A DNA stretch of 64,000 nucleotides. Source: an uncultured Anaerotruncus sp. (GTDB lineage: Bacteria > Bacillota > Clostridia > Oscillospirales > CAG-272). Of this stretch, positions 63,639 to 64,000 are shown piece after piece; position 1 is the first letter of the stretch, and each line of letters starts with the position of its first letter. Under the pieces are notes generated by a model that saw nothing but the letters and a program-made list of their open reading frames with translations, was not told the origin of the DNA and did no database searches. The position numbers and the translations under genes were made by a program. The stretch spans positions 187,177-251,176 of the forward strand of contig CABPZE010000002.1 in assembly GCA_902461815.1 (NCBI GenBank), in the 5' to 3' direction.

Positions 63639-63733
63639 AAAAGACTCTCACGACACAGATCCTGAAAAAACGGTCACGCTCAGCACAAAACATTGAAAGG
63701 ATGCTTTCGCAAAACGAAAGCGACGGTCAAATA

Positions 63734-64000
63734 ATGAAGGAACTTGTTTGTATTGTCTGCCCTCGCGGCTGCCGCCTTTCGGTAGACGATGAAAACGGCT
63801 TTGAGGTAAGCGGCAACTCCTGCCCGCGCGGCGCAGAATACGGGCGGCGGGAGCTTACCGCCCCCACCCGCGTAATTACCTCAACCGTCCGGATAAGCGG
63901 CGCGGCGTATTCGCGTTGCCCGGTCAAAACCGCCGGGGCGATACCCAAGAGCCTGATCTCCGATGCAATGGCTCTGCTTGACGGAGTGGAGCTTTCCTCT
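63734..64000 (+). CDS. DUF1667 domain protein (third subunit of the trio); 3' end beyond the window
   Basis: Open at the window edge, so absent from the ORF track. My translation is MKELVCIVCPRGCRLSVDDENGFEVSGNSCPRGAEYGRRELTAPTRV... Confidence 0.75.
   Translation, partial: MKELVCIVCPRGCRLSVDDENGFEVSGNSCPRGAEYGRRELTAPTRVITSTVRISGAAYSRCPVKTAGAIPKSLISDAMALLDGVELSS

Noticed and set aside
1-64000. Scan for CRISPR arrays, transposases, integrases, phage genes, restriction-modification or other recognisable defence systems, rRNA genes and RiPP/NRPS/PKS clusters.
   Set aside because: None was seen: no regularly spaced direct repeats and no ORFs with the corresponding motifs. The only mobile-DNA-like signal is the small AT-rich islet at 57266-57990.

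Overview
64-kb chromosomal window from a fairly GC-rich Firmicute. Gene content (DapL lysine pathway, anSME, rubredoxin, type-Z S14, (S/P)PxTG sorting signal) suggests an anaerobic Clostridia, but that is inference only. I count about 72 protein genes and 2 tRNAs. I saw no rRNA, CRISPR array, transposase, integrase or phage genes. Backbone: the complete S10-spc-alpha ribosomal supercluster lies on the minus strand (rpsJ at 26927 down to rplQ at 11090). It includes secY, adk, map, infA, rpoA and a 37-aa rpmJ that the ORF track misses, and sits behind a consensus promoter and a ~385-nt structured leader. rplJ-rplL lie on the plus strand with an L10-type attenuating leader. A lysine-riboswitch-controlled dapA-dapB-dapF-dapL-lysA operon and singleton tRNA-Thr(CGU) and tRNA(CAU) genes are also present. 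Left end: yfcE-like phosphodiesterase, pncB, hisS, and citrate synthase translationally coupled to two MarR genes. Accessory content: manA, a 1212-aa PHP + lamin-tail protein, a GH20 hexosaminidase, a nucleoside hydrolase, thioredoxin plus a 65-aa ferredoxin-thioredoxin-reductase-like protein, an SPSTG-sorted two-domain surface protein, a UDP-sugar dehydrogenase, rubredoxin, a NamZ-like DUF1343 protein, TldD/PmbA, an SPFH + RHH + ABC exporter module, sulfatase + anSME, and a GlpA-like/GlpB-like/DUF1667 trio. Most notable observations: (1) one ORF fuses a complete TadA tRNA adenosine deaminase to a complete AAG/Mpg-family hypoxanthine/alkylpurine DNA glycosylase; (2) the tail-anchored PHP/LTD giant is coupled to manA; (3) a small AT-rich islet carries an orphan acidic protein, REP-like hairpins and a truncated antiporter; (4) the sulfatase has a C-S-C-S-R maturation motif; (5) long structured non-coding segments lie in and ahead of the ribosomal operon. 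All calls rest on motif recognition by eye and on the supplied ORF track. No database search, folding or statistics were run. Coordinates of non-ORF features may be off by a few nt.
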